The translations under genes were made by a program, and so were the position numbers. From NCBI GenBank assembly GCA_910578855.1, contig CAJTRV010000003.1:1-55444 (forward strand): DNA of 55,444 bases, read 5' to 3'. The notes below the pieces were generated by a model. It was not told where the DNA came from. It did not search any database and saw nothing but the letters and a program-made list of their open reading frames with translations. Shown piece by piece: positions 31,640-40,209 of this stretch (position 1 is its first letter; each line of letters begins with the position of its first letter). This stretch comes from an uncultured Bacilli bacterium. GTDB taxonomy: Bacteria; Bacillota_I; Bacilli_A; RF39; UBA660.

Positions 31640-32137
31640 CTATCGTTTATTTATTTTATGATTTTCTTTTTTCTGAAATTTTAATAAATAACATGGTTGT
31701 ACCGTCTTCTTAACAATAATATTTCCCGCTGAGATTACATCCGCTAACTCTGTTTTTTCAAATCCAGAAAAATTATTTTCATTCATAAAATCCCGTAGTA
31801 CTAACAAATCTTGTTCTATTACTTGTAGTAATAAATCATACTCATCTTTTCTTAGCCCTGGCATTGTTATACGAACACCAATCATCTCTAATTTTTCATC
31901 ACAATAATGATCTTCATATTTGCACCAATATCTTTTAATTTCTTGCGTATAACTTTCCAATATGAATGATCGATATTGGGCATAAAGTTGAAAAAAATGT
32001 TCAAAATCTTCAGGACGTTTGGTTTCATCCTTCCCTATTTTCGTCCAAGGAAATAAATTTAATATGACATCCTGATAATTACGTTGTACTATTTCAGGAT
32101 CCAAAATTGAATCATTATTTAATGTTAATTCATTCAT
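31640..32137 (-). CDS. Hypothetical protein inserted between nusG and rplK
   Basis: 165 aa. GGAGAG RBS overlaps the nusG 3' end, with a 10-nt gap to the nusG stop. No signal peptide, no TM segment, no motif I recognise. Confidence 0.7.
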   Translation of the reverse strand: MNELTLNNDSILDPEIVQRNYQDVILNLFPWTKIGKDETKRPEDFEHFFQLYAQYRSFILESYTQEIKRYWCKYEDHYCDEKLEMIGVRITMPGLRKDEYDLLLQVIEQDLLVLRDFMNENNFSGFEKTELADVISAGNIIVKKTVQPCYLLKFQKKENHKINKR

Positions 32138-32147
32138 TTCTACTCTC

Positions 32148-32684
32148 CTACATTGTTTTTTCGATTTCTGTAAGTGCTAGTTCCACAATCGTTTCTTGTC
32201 CAAATAAATCAACTGCTACTTCTAATGTTCCACTCGCAACATCATATGACTTAACGGTTCCAAACATACCACCAAATGGTCCCCCAATTACTTTTACTTT
32301 ATCATCAACAGCAACTTCATTGCCCATCGATAAACGACTCATTCCCATACTTCCTAAGATTTTATCCACTTCCATTGGCGTTAATGGGAATGGTTTTGCT
32401 CCTTTCCCACTAGAACCAATAAATCCGGTTACTCCTGGTGTATTACGAACAACAAACCATGCCTCGTCATTCATTACCATTTCAACTAAAATATAACCAG
32501 GAAACATTTTCTTAACTTTTTCTACTTGTTTCCCATCTTTCACTTCAACCTCAGTTTGCTCTGGTACCACAACCCGGTAAATGTAGTCTTCCATTCCCAT
32601 TGAGCTAGCTCGCATTTCTAATTTTTCTTTTACTTTATTCTCATGACCAGAATAAGTGTTTACAACATACCATTCTTTCTGCAT
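32148..32684 (-). CDS. nusG: Transcription termination/antitermination factor NusG
   Basis: 178 aa. KEWYVVNTYSGHENKV NGN start and a C-terminal KOW (VKVIGGPFGGMFGTV). Confidence 0.97.
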   Translation of the reverse strand: MQKEWYVVNTYSGHENKVKEKLEMRASSMGMEDYIYRVVVPEQTEVEVKDGKQVEKVKKMFPGYILVEMVMNDEAWFVVRNTPGVTGFIGSSGKGAKPFPLTPMEVDKILGSMGMSRLSMGNEVAVDDKVKVIGGPFGGMFGTVKSYDVASGTLEVAVDLFGQETIVELALTEIEKTM

Positions 32685-32694
32685 TTCTACTCTC

Positions 32695-32874
32695 CTAACC
32701 TATCCATGTATTAATTAACGCTAATACAAAATCAGTTACGGCAAAGAATAATCCAAAAAAGACAATACAAGATAAGGTTGCGATCGAATACTTCAACAAT
32801 TCCTTTTTATTTGTCCATCTAACTTTGCCCATTTCATTCTTGACACCCATGAAAAATCTTCTTACTTTTTTCAT
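32695..32874 (-). CDS. secE: Preprotein translocase subunit SecE
   Basis: 59 aa from MKKVRRFF (ATG 32874 after AGGTGA). KVRWTNKKEL followed by a single TM helix. 10-nt gap to nusG. Confidence 0.9.
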   Translation of the reverse strand: MKKVRRFFMGVKNEMGKVRWTNKKELLKYSIATLSCIVFFGLFFAVTDFVLALINTWIG

Positions 32875-33094
32875 CTTTTCACCTACTTTTAATATATGTG
32901 TTTTTCCAAAATAAAAACACCTTTTGTGTCCAAGAACAATATAGCACACTTCTTAATCACTGTCAACAAATTGAGAAAAAAAGATAAAAAGAAAGATCAA
33001 AAAAATTAGCACAATGAACAACGTCTCACGGTTCTTAACATTATTTTCCACCATACCATTTATATTATCAGAGATAAATAATATTTTCCTAATA

Positions 33095-33125
33095 TAAAAA
33101 CCAAAGAATTTACAAAATCTTTGGT
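33095..33125 (-). terminator. Rho-independent terminator after the large pilin gene
   Basis: Stem accaaaga (33100-33107) / tctttggt (33118-33125). On the minus strand it is followed by UUUUUAUAUU. Confidence 0.65.
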
Positions 33126-33212
33126 CTATTTTCTACTCATAAAAAGCATCTAATAAGCTCTTTCACTAATTACCCTAATGGTATTCAAAATCACAACTTC
33201 AAAATTCATTTT

Positions 33213-35135
33213 TTAATAATGGTATGAAATATGATAACGCATTGTAACCTCAACACCAATATTATCAGTATTATCGATATAACGGCGTTTTTGTTCAATC
33301 CAAGTTGGGAAATTATGAGCGGTCCAGCAAAGTCCACCTGGATCATCACTCCAATTCGGACGAAGACAAGTTCCTTTATCACCATTATGAACCCATGTGT
33401 GTTGTTCTTTTTTCACACCTGATCCATCGTCAATTGCTGTTGTATAAGTATCAAATTGTAATTTATATGAAGTTGCATCTCGCCAAGCAGAGATATAAAT
33501 ATCACAGGTAGCATTACTTGTAAATGTTTTCCCATCACAACTATTGGATGTTATTCGGGACGTTCCATCAGTAATAATTAATCCATCGAAGCGAATGATC
33601 GGTCCTGTCTTATCGACATTGAAATAATACTTATCACTCCAAGCACTGGCATTACCAGCACGATCCGTAGATCGAATACAATATACTTTTTTGGTATTAT
33701 TCACAAACGTATAATTTGCTTCTAAATCACCACTCTTATTTCCAGTACAGTTTTCTGAATATTCATAGCGATCAAATCCACTACCGCCAGTATCAGTAGC
33801 ACTAAAGTTTCCCCACCATAGCGTTCGGTTGGTCCAATCACTAGTATTTCCACGAACAGTTCCACCACTACTATCATAGCGCACAATCGCCGTTGGCACA
33901 GTAGGTGCGTCTTTATCGATATTGAAATAAATTGGACTAGTCCATGCACTCGCATTTCCAGCTCGATCAAGGGCACGAATACAGTATGTTTTCGCCATGG
34001 TTTTATCCTGAAGATATGAATCTTCTAAATTCCCTGTCTTACTTCCAGTACAATTATTAGAATATTCATAATGATCGATTCCACTATCACCAGTATCAGT
34101 AGCACTAAAGTTTCCCCACCATAATGTTCGATTGGTCCAGTCACGTAAATTAGGTCTTATCGTTCCCTGATCATGATCATATCTGATCTGGTAGGTTGGA
34201 ACCGCTGGAGCATCTGCATCAATCGTTGTAATCGTGAGTGTCGTAGCTGCAACGGTATTATAACCATCACGAACCCGAGCTTCTAATACGCCATTGGCGG
34301 TAAAAGTCACCATTTTCTTACTACCAACAGGAACATCTTGCCATTTTCCATGATCCTTTCGATACTCATAAATAAAATTATCCTGTCGTGATGTTGGATA
34401 ATGAATCGTCACATCCTTTTTCTTAGACCACGATGCCAAATCTGGTTCTGATGTATAAGTTGGTGGATCAATTTTTAATGTTCGTACCGTAAGTGTTTTA
34501 GTAGTCGACATTCCCGCTCCATTAAATACTTTTACCACCATTGGAAAAGCCGTATCATGGGTTAAATTCTGAAATGTATAAGTATTAGAATTACTCTTGA
34601 CAAAGGTATTACCATGATCTTTAGAATACTCATAGCGGATAATATCAGATTCATCGTCATGGGCAGTGACAATTAACTGAATTGAATTACTCGTTCGCTT
34701 ACCAACAACTAGCGCATCAATAATAGGCGGTGTTGTATCTAATAAAGCACAGTCTCCTAAGACAACATTTAATTGATCTTTCCGACCACTTGCACAATAT
34801 TTACCATCGGTAACATTGCTAGCATATAATAATCCATCACGGATAAAAAACATCCCCCCAATAAATGGATTGCGATCCAAGCCCGCAAGTTCTGAAGCAG
34901 CTAGCCCCTCATCAGGAAATTGCTTAAAATCATCAGCTGCTAAATCTTCCCGAATCGCATCCATTGCGTGATAAACACTTTGTGCGAAGCCTTTTTGTGC
35001 CGATGATTGAATATATTTCATCACCATCGGAATCGTAACAACTGCTAAAATCGCAACAATCGCAATTACCGCCAATAATTCCACTAAAGTAAAAGCCCGT
35101 TTATTTCGTTTTATTGATGTCCCCTTTTTTTTCAT
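33213..35135 (-). CDS. Large modular type IV pilin-like protein (pilin module plus Ig/FN3-like modules)
   Basis: 640 aa. Prepilin signal MKKKGTSIKRNKRA/FTLVELLAVIAIVAILAV (A at -1, E+5). Pilin-module Cys pair (KYCASG...GDCALL). Then beta-rich modules, including a tandem 101-aa duplication. Confidence 0.8.
   Translation of the reverse strand: MKKKGTSIKRNKRAFTLVELLAVIAIVAILAVVTIPMVMKYIQSSAQKGFAQSVYHAMDAIREDLAADDFKQFPDEGLAASELAGLDRNPFIGGMFFIRDGLLYASNVTDGKYCASGRKDQLNVVLGDCALLDTTPPIIDALVVGKRTSNSIQLIVTAHDDESDIIRYEYSKDHGNTFVKSNSNTYTFQNLTHDTAFPMVVKVFNGAGMSTTKTLTVRTLKIDPPTYTSEPDLASWSKKKDVTIHYPTSRQDNFIYEYRKDHGKWQDVPVGSKKMVTFTANGVLEARVRDGYNTVAATTLTITTIDADAPAVPTYQIRYDHDQGTIRPNLRDWTNRTLWWGNFSATDTGDSGIDHYEYSNNCTGSKTGNLEDSYLQDKTMAKTYCIRALDRAGNASAWTSPIYFNIDKDAPTVPTAIVRYDSSGGTVRGNTSDWTNRTLWWGNFSATDTGGSGFDRYEYSENCTGNKSGDLEANYTFVNNTKKVYCIRSTDRAGNASAWSDKYYFNVDKTGPIIRFDGLIITDGTSRITSNSCDGKTFTSNATCDIYISAWRDATSYKLQFDTYTTAIDDGSGVKKEQHTWVHNGDKGTCLRPNWSDDPGGLCWTAHNFPTWIEQKRRYIDNTDNIGVEVTMRYHISYHY
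33615..34220 (-). repeat. Tandem duplication (2 x ~303 nt, 101 aa) inside the modular pilin gene
   Basis: aa 306-406 and 407-507 align throughout (DAP-VPT..RYD....GT.R....DWTNRTLWWGNFSATDTG.SG.D.YEYS.NCTG.K.G.LE...Y.......CIR..DRAGNASAW....YFN). An exact ~33-nt DNA match (cagtatcagtagcactaaagtttccccaccata) occurs near 33789 and 34091. Confidence 0.9.
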
Positions 35136-35157
35136 TCACAACACCTCTCATTATTCC

Positions 35158-35186
35158 ATTATAATATACTTTTCCCAAAAGAACAA
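35158..35186 (-). promoter_or_regulatory. Candidate promoter of the modular pilin gene
   Basis: Minus strand: TTGTTC (35181-35186), 17-nt spacer, TATAAT (35158-35163). GAGAGGTG RBS downstream. Confidence 0.45.
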
Positions 35187-35189
35187 TCA

Positions 35190-35222
35190 CCCAAAACAAA
35201 AAAAGGAACAAAAAATTCCTTT
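35190..35222 (-). terminator. Rho-independent terminator of the gatCAB-to-yihY transcription unit
   Basis: Stem aaaggaa (35202-35208) / ttccttt (35216-35222). On the minus strand it is followed by UUUUUUUGUUUU. Confidence 0.6.
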
Positions 35223-35360
35223 CTGATCCCATGAGATCTTCATTACCTAAAAAAATTAATACTTACTAGTTCACAGTTAAACTAATGCTCGGTACTAGTG
35301 TAGTCTATATGGAAATACATATCGGTAATAAAATATGTATCCAATTATACTATGTCCCAA

Positions 35361-36197
35361 TTATTTACTTTCATGCTTAGTAGAATTTTCCACCATTTCA
35401 TAAGTATTGGTATTAATAGCAATCCCAATTACTAAAATATAAGATAAAATATAGATCCACATCATTAAGATAATAATATTCGATAATCCTCCATAAAACA
35501 AATCGTAATTGGCAAAATGTGTCACATAGTAAGAGTAAATTGCCGTAACAACAATCCATCCCAAAGTCGTAAAAATCGCACCACGATTCATATAACGACT
35601 GGGAATTTTTTTATCAGGAGCAATTGTATAAATTAGTTTTACAACAAAGAAAATAACAATTAATGCCACTGGCCACTTGAGTAAGATAAATAATAAATAA
35701 ATATTATCAGTCACTACTTTCCAGATATCGAGTGCTAATAATTCAGATACAATAATATTCCCAAAAGCAAGTACCACCAGAATAAAGATGAATAAATTTA
35801 CTAGAATAATCGTTAAGAAGACCGATTTTATTCGTCGACTAAGCAAACTATCTGGCTCGATTTGATAAAGTGTATCACTGGCAATGATAATAGAATGAGC
35901 ACCATTAGAAGCCGTAACGAATCCAATTACCATAAATACTAAGACATTGGTATCAAATCCATGACCACTGATATAAGGAACCAATAGTTCGCTTACTTCT
36001 GCCGGAAATGTCTGATTCATAAAATCAATGACATTCCCCATCGAAATAGAAAACATCGAAGCAATTACACCCAGTAATGTAATAATAGGGATCGCTGATA
36101 AGACAATGAAAAAAGCGAGATTCCCTGGTAAAATCCGCATTTCATCTCTGGTGATAATCTTCCAAAGTTTTCGAATAATTTCCTTCACTTTTTTCAT
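35361..36197 (-). CDS. YihY/BrkB-family integral membrane protein
   Basis: 278 aa, about 6 TM helices. N-terminal IIRKLWKIITRDEMRILPGNLAFFIVLS is typical of the YihY (formerly RNase BN) family. Confidence 0.75.
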   Translation of the reverse strand: MKKVKEIIRKLWKIITRDEMRILPGNLAFFIVLSAIPIITLLGVIASMFSISMGNVIDFMNQTFPAEVSELLVPYISGHGFDTNVLVFMVIGFVTASNGAHSIIIASDTLYQIEPDSLLSRRIKSVFLTIILVNLFIFILVVLAFGNIIVSELLALDIWKVVTDNIYLLFILLKWPVALIVIFFVVKLIYTIAPDKKIPSRYMNRGAIFTTLGWIVVTAIYSYYVTHFANYDLFYGGLSNIIILMMWIYILSYILVIGIAINTNTYEMVENSTKHESK

Positions 36198-36217
36198 AAT
36201 TCCTCTATTCTACTCTT

Positions 36218-38272
36218 TTAATTATTTAATTCTTCTTTGTTATTACGCATATCTAGTGTCGCTTCATTAACCGCATCATCGATTGTCTTAATCGCGTCAA
36301 TAATCATACTATAACCAATTGCAGCTCCATAGCCATGTGATAGATCTTTAAATTCTTTCGTTAGTTTACGGATATATGTAATAATTTGTTTTTCATCATA
36401 ACCAACTAAATAGATTAAGAACTCATTTCCATTGGTTCGAATAATATCACTATTTTCGATCTGCGTCTTAATCAATTTATTTGCCGCTTCTTTGATAATC
36501 AGATCTCCTTCTTGATGACCATAATTATCATTGATATAGGCAACATTATTTAAGTCAACAATAATAATTGCTTGAGGATATACTTCGCTATTATCCCACA
36601 CTTCAATATGATCATTTAAATAGGTACGATTTTTAAGAGACGTCAAACTATCGATATAGCGTAACTTATCTGTCTTACTAACAGATGAAGCCTGATCACG
36701 AACTTGTTGATACTTTTTAATTCCCAAGTATCCAAGTAAAACAATGACACCAGCACTGATTAAGATAATTAAATTTTTTATAATATACGGTTTATTACCA
36801 ATTTGTAATAAAGTATAGATACTATCATTCACTGTTCCATGATCATTTACCATACTAAGGTAAAAATCAAAATAATCAGCAAAAATTTGATTTCCCTTGA
36901 CATCCCGAATCAAGTAATCATAACTACCAACCGTTCCCATATAATCAACACTATAATTTCGAAGCGCATCATGGCGATAATATTCAAAACTATAATAATC
37001 AAGAGCGAGTAACGTTGTCTTTTCTTTATTTTTAATAAGCGCATCAATTGTTTGATATGTTTTTAATTTAGCACCAGCATTCTTTAATACTTGAGCCAAT
37101 TTACTATCTTTGACAACTGCTACCGTCTTATCTTGTAATGACGATAATGAATTTACTACTACACTACGATTCACTGGTGATGCAACAACAATGGTTGCTT
37201 GCTCCATACCAGTCGTCTTGGCTGTTTCAATTCGGTATGTTTGATCGGCATTCATCTGATAGAATAAATCAACCTGATTCGCATTCAAAGCTTCTTGCAA
37301 AGCCGCATATGATGGATATTCTTGATAGTTTACTTCGATATTCGCCATCGAAGCAAAATTCTTGATTTGCTTCATATTATAACCATATAATTTCCCATCA
37401 ATATTGGCGTGATATGGACGACCAGCGACAAAGCCATAGACATAGCGCTTACTACGAAATGCACTCTTAGCTTGTTCATCGATCTGTTTAGAAGCAAAAT
37501 AGACATTAGAAAAATTTGTATAAAATGATGTTTGATAATGTTCCTTCTGCCATTTTGTATAATACTTTTTAATAATGGTATTGAGACGCTTTGTTTTTCC
37601 CAACCGAAATACATAGTCTTTGGTCATCTCATTAATATTATAACTAATATAAAGATTATCATGCGCGCCAATTTCTGATAAATAAAGCATTTTTGGCAAA
37701 ACAACCGCATCAACAAGTGCTTTTTCCTTTTTATCATTGGATATAGCAGTTAAAAGTGCGGCAACCGTATCAAACGTTTGATAAGTAAGATTACTCCCAT
37801 TAGCCAAAGCATGATTAACTGCTGATAAATCATCTTTTAAAACTCCAATTTTTAAATTGTGAAGATCACTCGCTTTATAATAAGTCGTTTTCGTATTAGA
37901 AAGTAAAGCATAATTATCTTGATAAAGAAGAATATCATGTTTACTAGCCCGATCAACAACTTGAAAGGTATACGCGGTATCACTTTTCTCACCAGGATTA
38001 AAAGCAATCTCATTAAACTCCAACTTGGTATCTTTTTCAATATCTGTTAAGAAATCAAAGAAAACACCTTCTCCATCCTTGGTAAAAACAGGAATTGTAC
38101 TAGATACACCAAGGTCAATGACTTTATTTTTATTACTTTCAATCCATTGTTTTTCTACTAAAGTCAATGTTGAATTGCTATCTTCTTTAAAATAATATTG
38201 ATAACACCCAAAGGCAACTACACCAAGGATCATTGCCACGATGAAAAAAATCACCACTCTATTTTTTTTCAT
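36218..38272 (-). CDS. Membrane sensor with extracytoplasmic solute-binding-like region and degenerate GGDEF domain
   Basis: 684 aa. TM1 aa 6-24, a ~470-aa extracytoplasmic region with SBP-like segments, then TM2 (IIKNLIILISAGVIVLLGYLGI). GGDEF fold markers DSLTSLKNR and NDNYGHQEGD. The A-site reads NGNEF (36420-36434). Confidence 0.75.
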   Translation of the reverse strand: MKKNRVVIFFIVAMILGVVAFGCYQYYFKEDSNSTLTLVEKQWIESNKNKVIDLGVSSTIPVFTKDGEGVFFDFLTDIEKDTKLEFNEIAFNPGEKSDTAYTFQVVDRASKHDILLYQDNYALLSNTKTTYYKASDLHNLKIGVLKDDLSAVNHALANGSNLTYQTFDTVAALLTAISNDKKEKALVDAVVLPKMLYLSEIGAHDNLYISYNINEMTKDYVFRLGKTKRLNTIIKKYYTKWQKEHYQTSFYTNFSNVYFASKQIDEQAKSAFRSKRYVYGFVAGRPYHANIDGKLYGYNMKQIKNFASMANIEVNYQEYPSYAALQEALNANQVDLFYQMNADQTYRIETAKTTGMEQATIVVASPVNRSVVVNSLSSLQDKTVAVVKDSKLAQVLKNAGAKLKTYQTIDALIKNKEKTTLLALDYYSFEYYRHDALRNYSVDYMGTVGSYDYLIRDVKGNQIFADYFDFYLSMVNDHGTVNDSIYTLLQIGNKPYIIKNLIILISAGVIVLLGYLGIKKYQQVRDQASSVSKTDKLRYIDSLTSLKNRTYLNDHIEVWDNSEVYPQAIIIVDLNNVAYINDNYGHQEGDLIIKEAANKLIKTQIENSDIIRTNGNEFLIYLVGYDEKQIITYIRKLTKEFKDLSHGYGAAIGYSMIIDAIKTIDDAVNEATLDMRNNKEELNN

Positions 38273-38284
38273 AATACCACCTAA

Positions 38285-38737
38285 CTAATTATTGGTCCAA
38301 AAAAGACCTTTACTTGTTTTATGCTTATATCCAATATATGGATAGCTAGTGTCTTTAACCGTATCTTGAGTCAAAATAATCTGAATATCATAATATTCTT
38401 TTTGCTCTTCGGTAAAAGAAGACAATGTTCCATCAGCAATCTTTTTTGCATCTTCGACACTAACTCCTTCTTTCACATCGATGATAAAGTTAATAATCCG
38501 TCCCTTTAAATCATATGTCACTGCATTTACTTTCGTATTTTCCACCAATGATTGCTTTAACTTTGTAATCGAATCATCATGGATTCGTACTTTACTGATC
38601 CCATCTAAACGATTGCCATAGGCATTAGATCCAAACGCTGGGAAAATGAGAATCTTAATTAGGAATAATACCAACAATATTCCCAAGATCATTCCTACCC
38701 ACATCGTCAACTTTTTATTCTTTTTGAAAAAATTCAT
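38285..38737 (-). CDS. Membrane-anchored hypothetical protein
   Basis: 150 aa. Single N-terminal TM (MWVGMILGILLVLFLIKILIF). AGGTGG RBS. Sits between gatB and the GGDEF gene. Confidence 0.65.
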   Translation of the reverse strand: MNFFKKNKKLTMWVGMILGILLVLFLIKILIFPAFGSNAYGNRLDGISKVRIHDDSITKLKQSLVENTKVNAVTYDLKGRIINFIIDVKEGVSVEDAKKIADGTLSSFTEEQKEYYDIQIILTQDTVKDTSYPYIGYKHKTSKGLFWTNN

Positions 38738-38790
38738 ATATCCACCTCAATCGTTACTCATTATACTATACTTTATGTTTATGGGTCAAA

Positions 38791-40209
38791 TTAATATCTA
38801 TTTAGTTGTTCAATCAACAATTTATTGACCATCATCGGATTAGCCTGTCCCTTAGAAGCTTTCATAATCTGGCCCATCAAGAATTTAACTGCCCGATCTT
38901 TTCCCGCTTTAAAGTCTGTAATACTATCAGGATTAGCAGTAAGAACCTCGGTAATCATCGCCTTCAAAGTATCTTCATCACTAATTTGGACCATTCCGCG
39001 ATCACTCATAATCTTCTCAACCGGAATATCCTGTTGTAATAATACTTCTAATATCTCTTTTCCTTGTTTACTAGACACTTCTTTTTTCTCAAGTACCACC
39101 ACAAGGTCATGAAAGTTTTTCACTGTCAATTTTGTATCTTGAAGCATCACTTTTTCTTTATTGAGATAAGACATCACATCACCGGTTAATAAATTCGCAC
39201 TGATTACTGGATTGGTAGTCGTAAATAGTTCCTCTAAGAAATGACATAACTCTGGATTTGCCAAAATCGTTTTAATAGCGATATCATTGATTCCTGCCAT
39301 CCGATATTTATCTTTTAGGACCGTTGGTAAGACTGGTAAAGCAGCTTTCGCATCGGCAATCTCTTCCTTTGTTAAGATAACATACGGAATATCTGGTTCA
39401 GGAAAGTAACGGTAATCATTTCCTGTTTCTTTCACCCGCATTAAAACCGTCTTTCCAGTTTTATCATCAAATCGTCTCGTCTCTTCGACGATAGATTTTC
39501 CTTGTTCTAAAAGTGCTTGCTGTCGTTTTATTTCAAAATCAATACTATGTTTTACATTACTAATCGAACCAATATTTTTAATTTCACACTTTGTTCCTAA
39601 GATATCACTATCTGCTTCTTTTAAGGAAACATTGGTATCACACCGCATGCTTCCCTCTTCTATTTTTACATCACTAATCCCCAAATATAATAGAATTGAG
39701 CGAAGTGTTTCAACATAGGCCATCGCCTCTTCTCCACTTGCAATATCTGGTTTTGATACGATCTCAATCAAAGGGACTCCTGCCCGATTAAAATTGAGTT
39801 TTGTCCCTGTATCCGCATGAATACTCTTACAAGTATCTTCTTCGATATGGACTCGTTCAATTCCAATCTTCTTCTTATGACCATCGACATCGATTTCAAT
39901 ATAGCCATCATATCCAATCGGGGTATCTTGTTGGGTAATCTGATACCCCTTTGGTAAATCAGGATAGAAATAATTCTTCCGATCCCAGTGCATCACCTGG
40001 TTGATATGACAGTTTAAAGCGAGAGATGCCTTTAGAGCCATATCAATTACTTCCCGGTTCAAAACCGGTAAAGTTCCAGGATATCCAAAGTCAATTAATG
40101 TAATATTCTTATTGGCCTCTGGTGTAAAGGCATTCAAACTATCAGAATACACCTTTGTTTTACTTTTTAATTCAACGTGAACTTCGATTCCAATTGTCGG
40201 TACTAACAT
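38791..40209 (-). CDS. gatB: Asp/Glu-tRNA(Asn/Gln) amidotransferase subunit B
   Basis: 472 aa. IGIEVHVEL start region. Overlaps the gatA stop. Confidence 0.97.
   Translation of the reverse strand: MLVPTIGIEVHVELKSKTKVYSDSLNAFTPEANKNITLIDFGYPGTLPVLNREVIDMALKASLALNCHINQVMHWDRKNYFYPDLPKGYQITQQDTPIGYDGYIEIDVDGHKKKIGIERVHIEEDTCKSIHADTGTKLNFNRAGVPLIEIVSKPDIASGEEAMAYVETLRSILLYLGISDVKIEEGSMRCDTNVSLKEADSDILGTKCEIKNIGSISNVKHSIDFEIKRQQALLEQGKSIVEETRRFDDKTGKTVLMRVKETGNDYRYFPEPDIPYVILTKEEIADAKAALPVLPTVLKDKYRMAGINDIAIKTILANPELCHFLEELFTTTNPVISANLLTGDVMSYLNKEKVMLQDTKLTVKNFHDLVVVLEKKEVSSKQGKEILEVLLQQDIPVEKIMSDRGMVQISDEDTLKAMITEVLTANPDSITDFKAGKDRAVKFLMGQIMKASKGQANPMMVNKLLIEQLNRY

Noticed and set aside
32107-32496. 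129-aa plus-strand ORF antisense to nusG. Similar long antisense or alternate-frame ORFs occur at 1725-2081, 2261-2581, 14214-14528, 16077-16412, 16784-17101, 29364-29684, 48085-48390 and 54080-54382.
   Set aside because: All lie entirely inside well-supported genes. They lack RBS-like sequences and have low-complexity, Ser/Ile/Asn-rich translations typical of shadow ORFs in AT-rich DNA.
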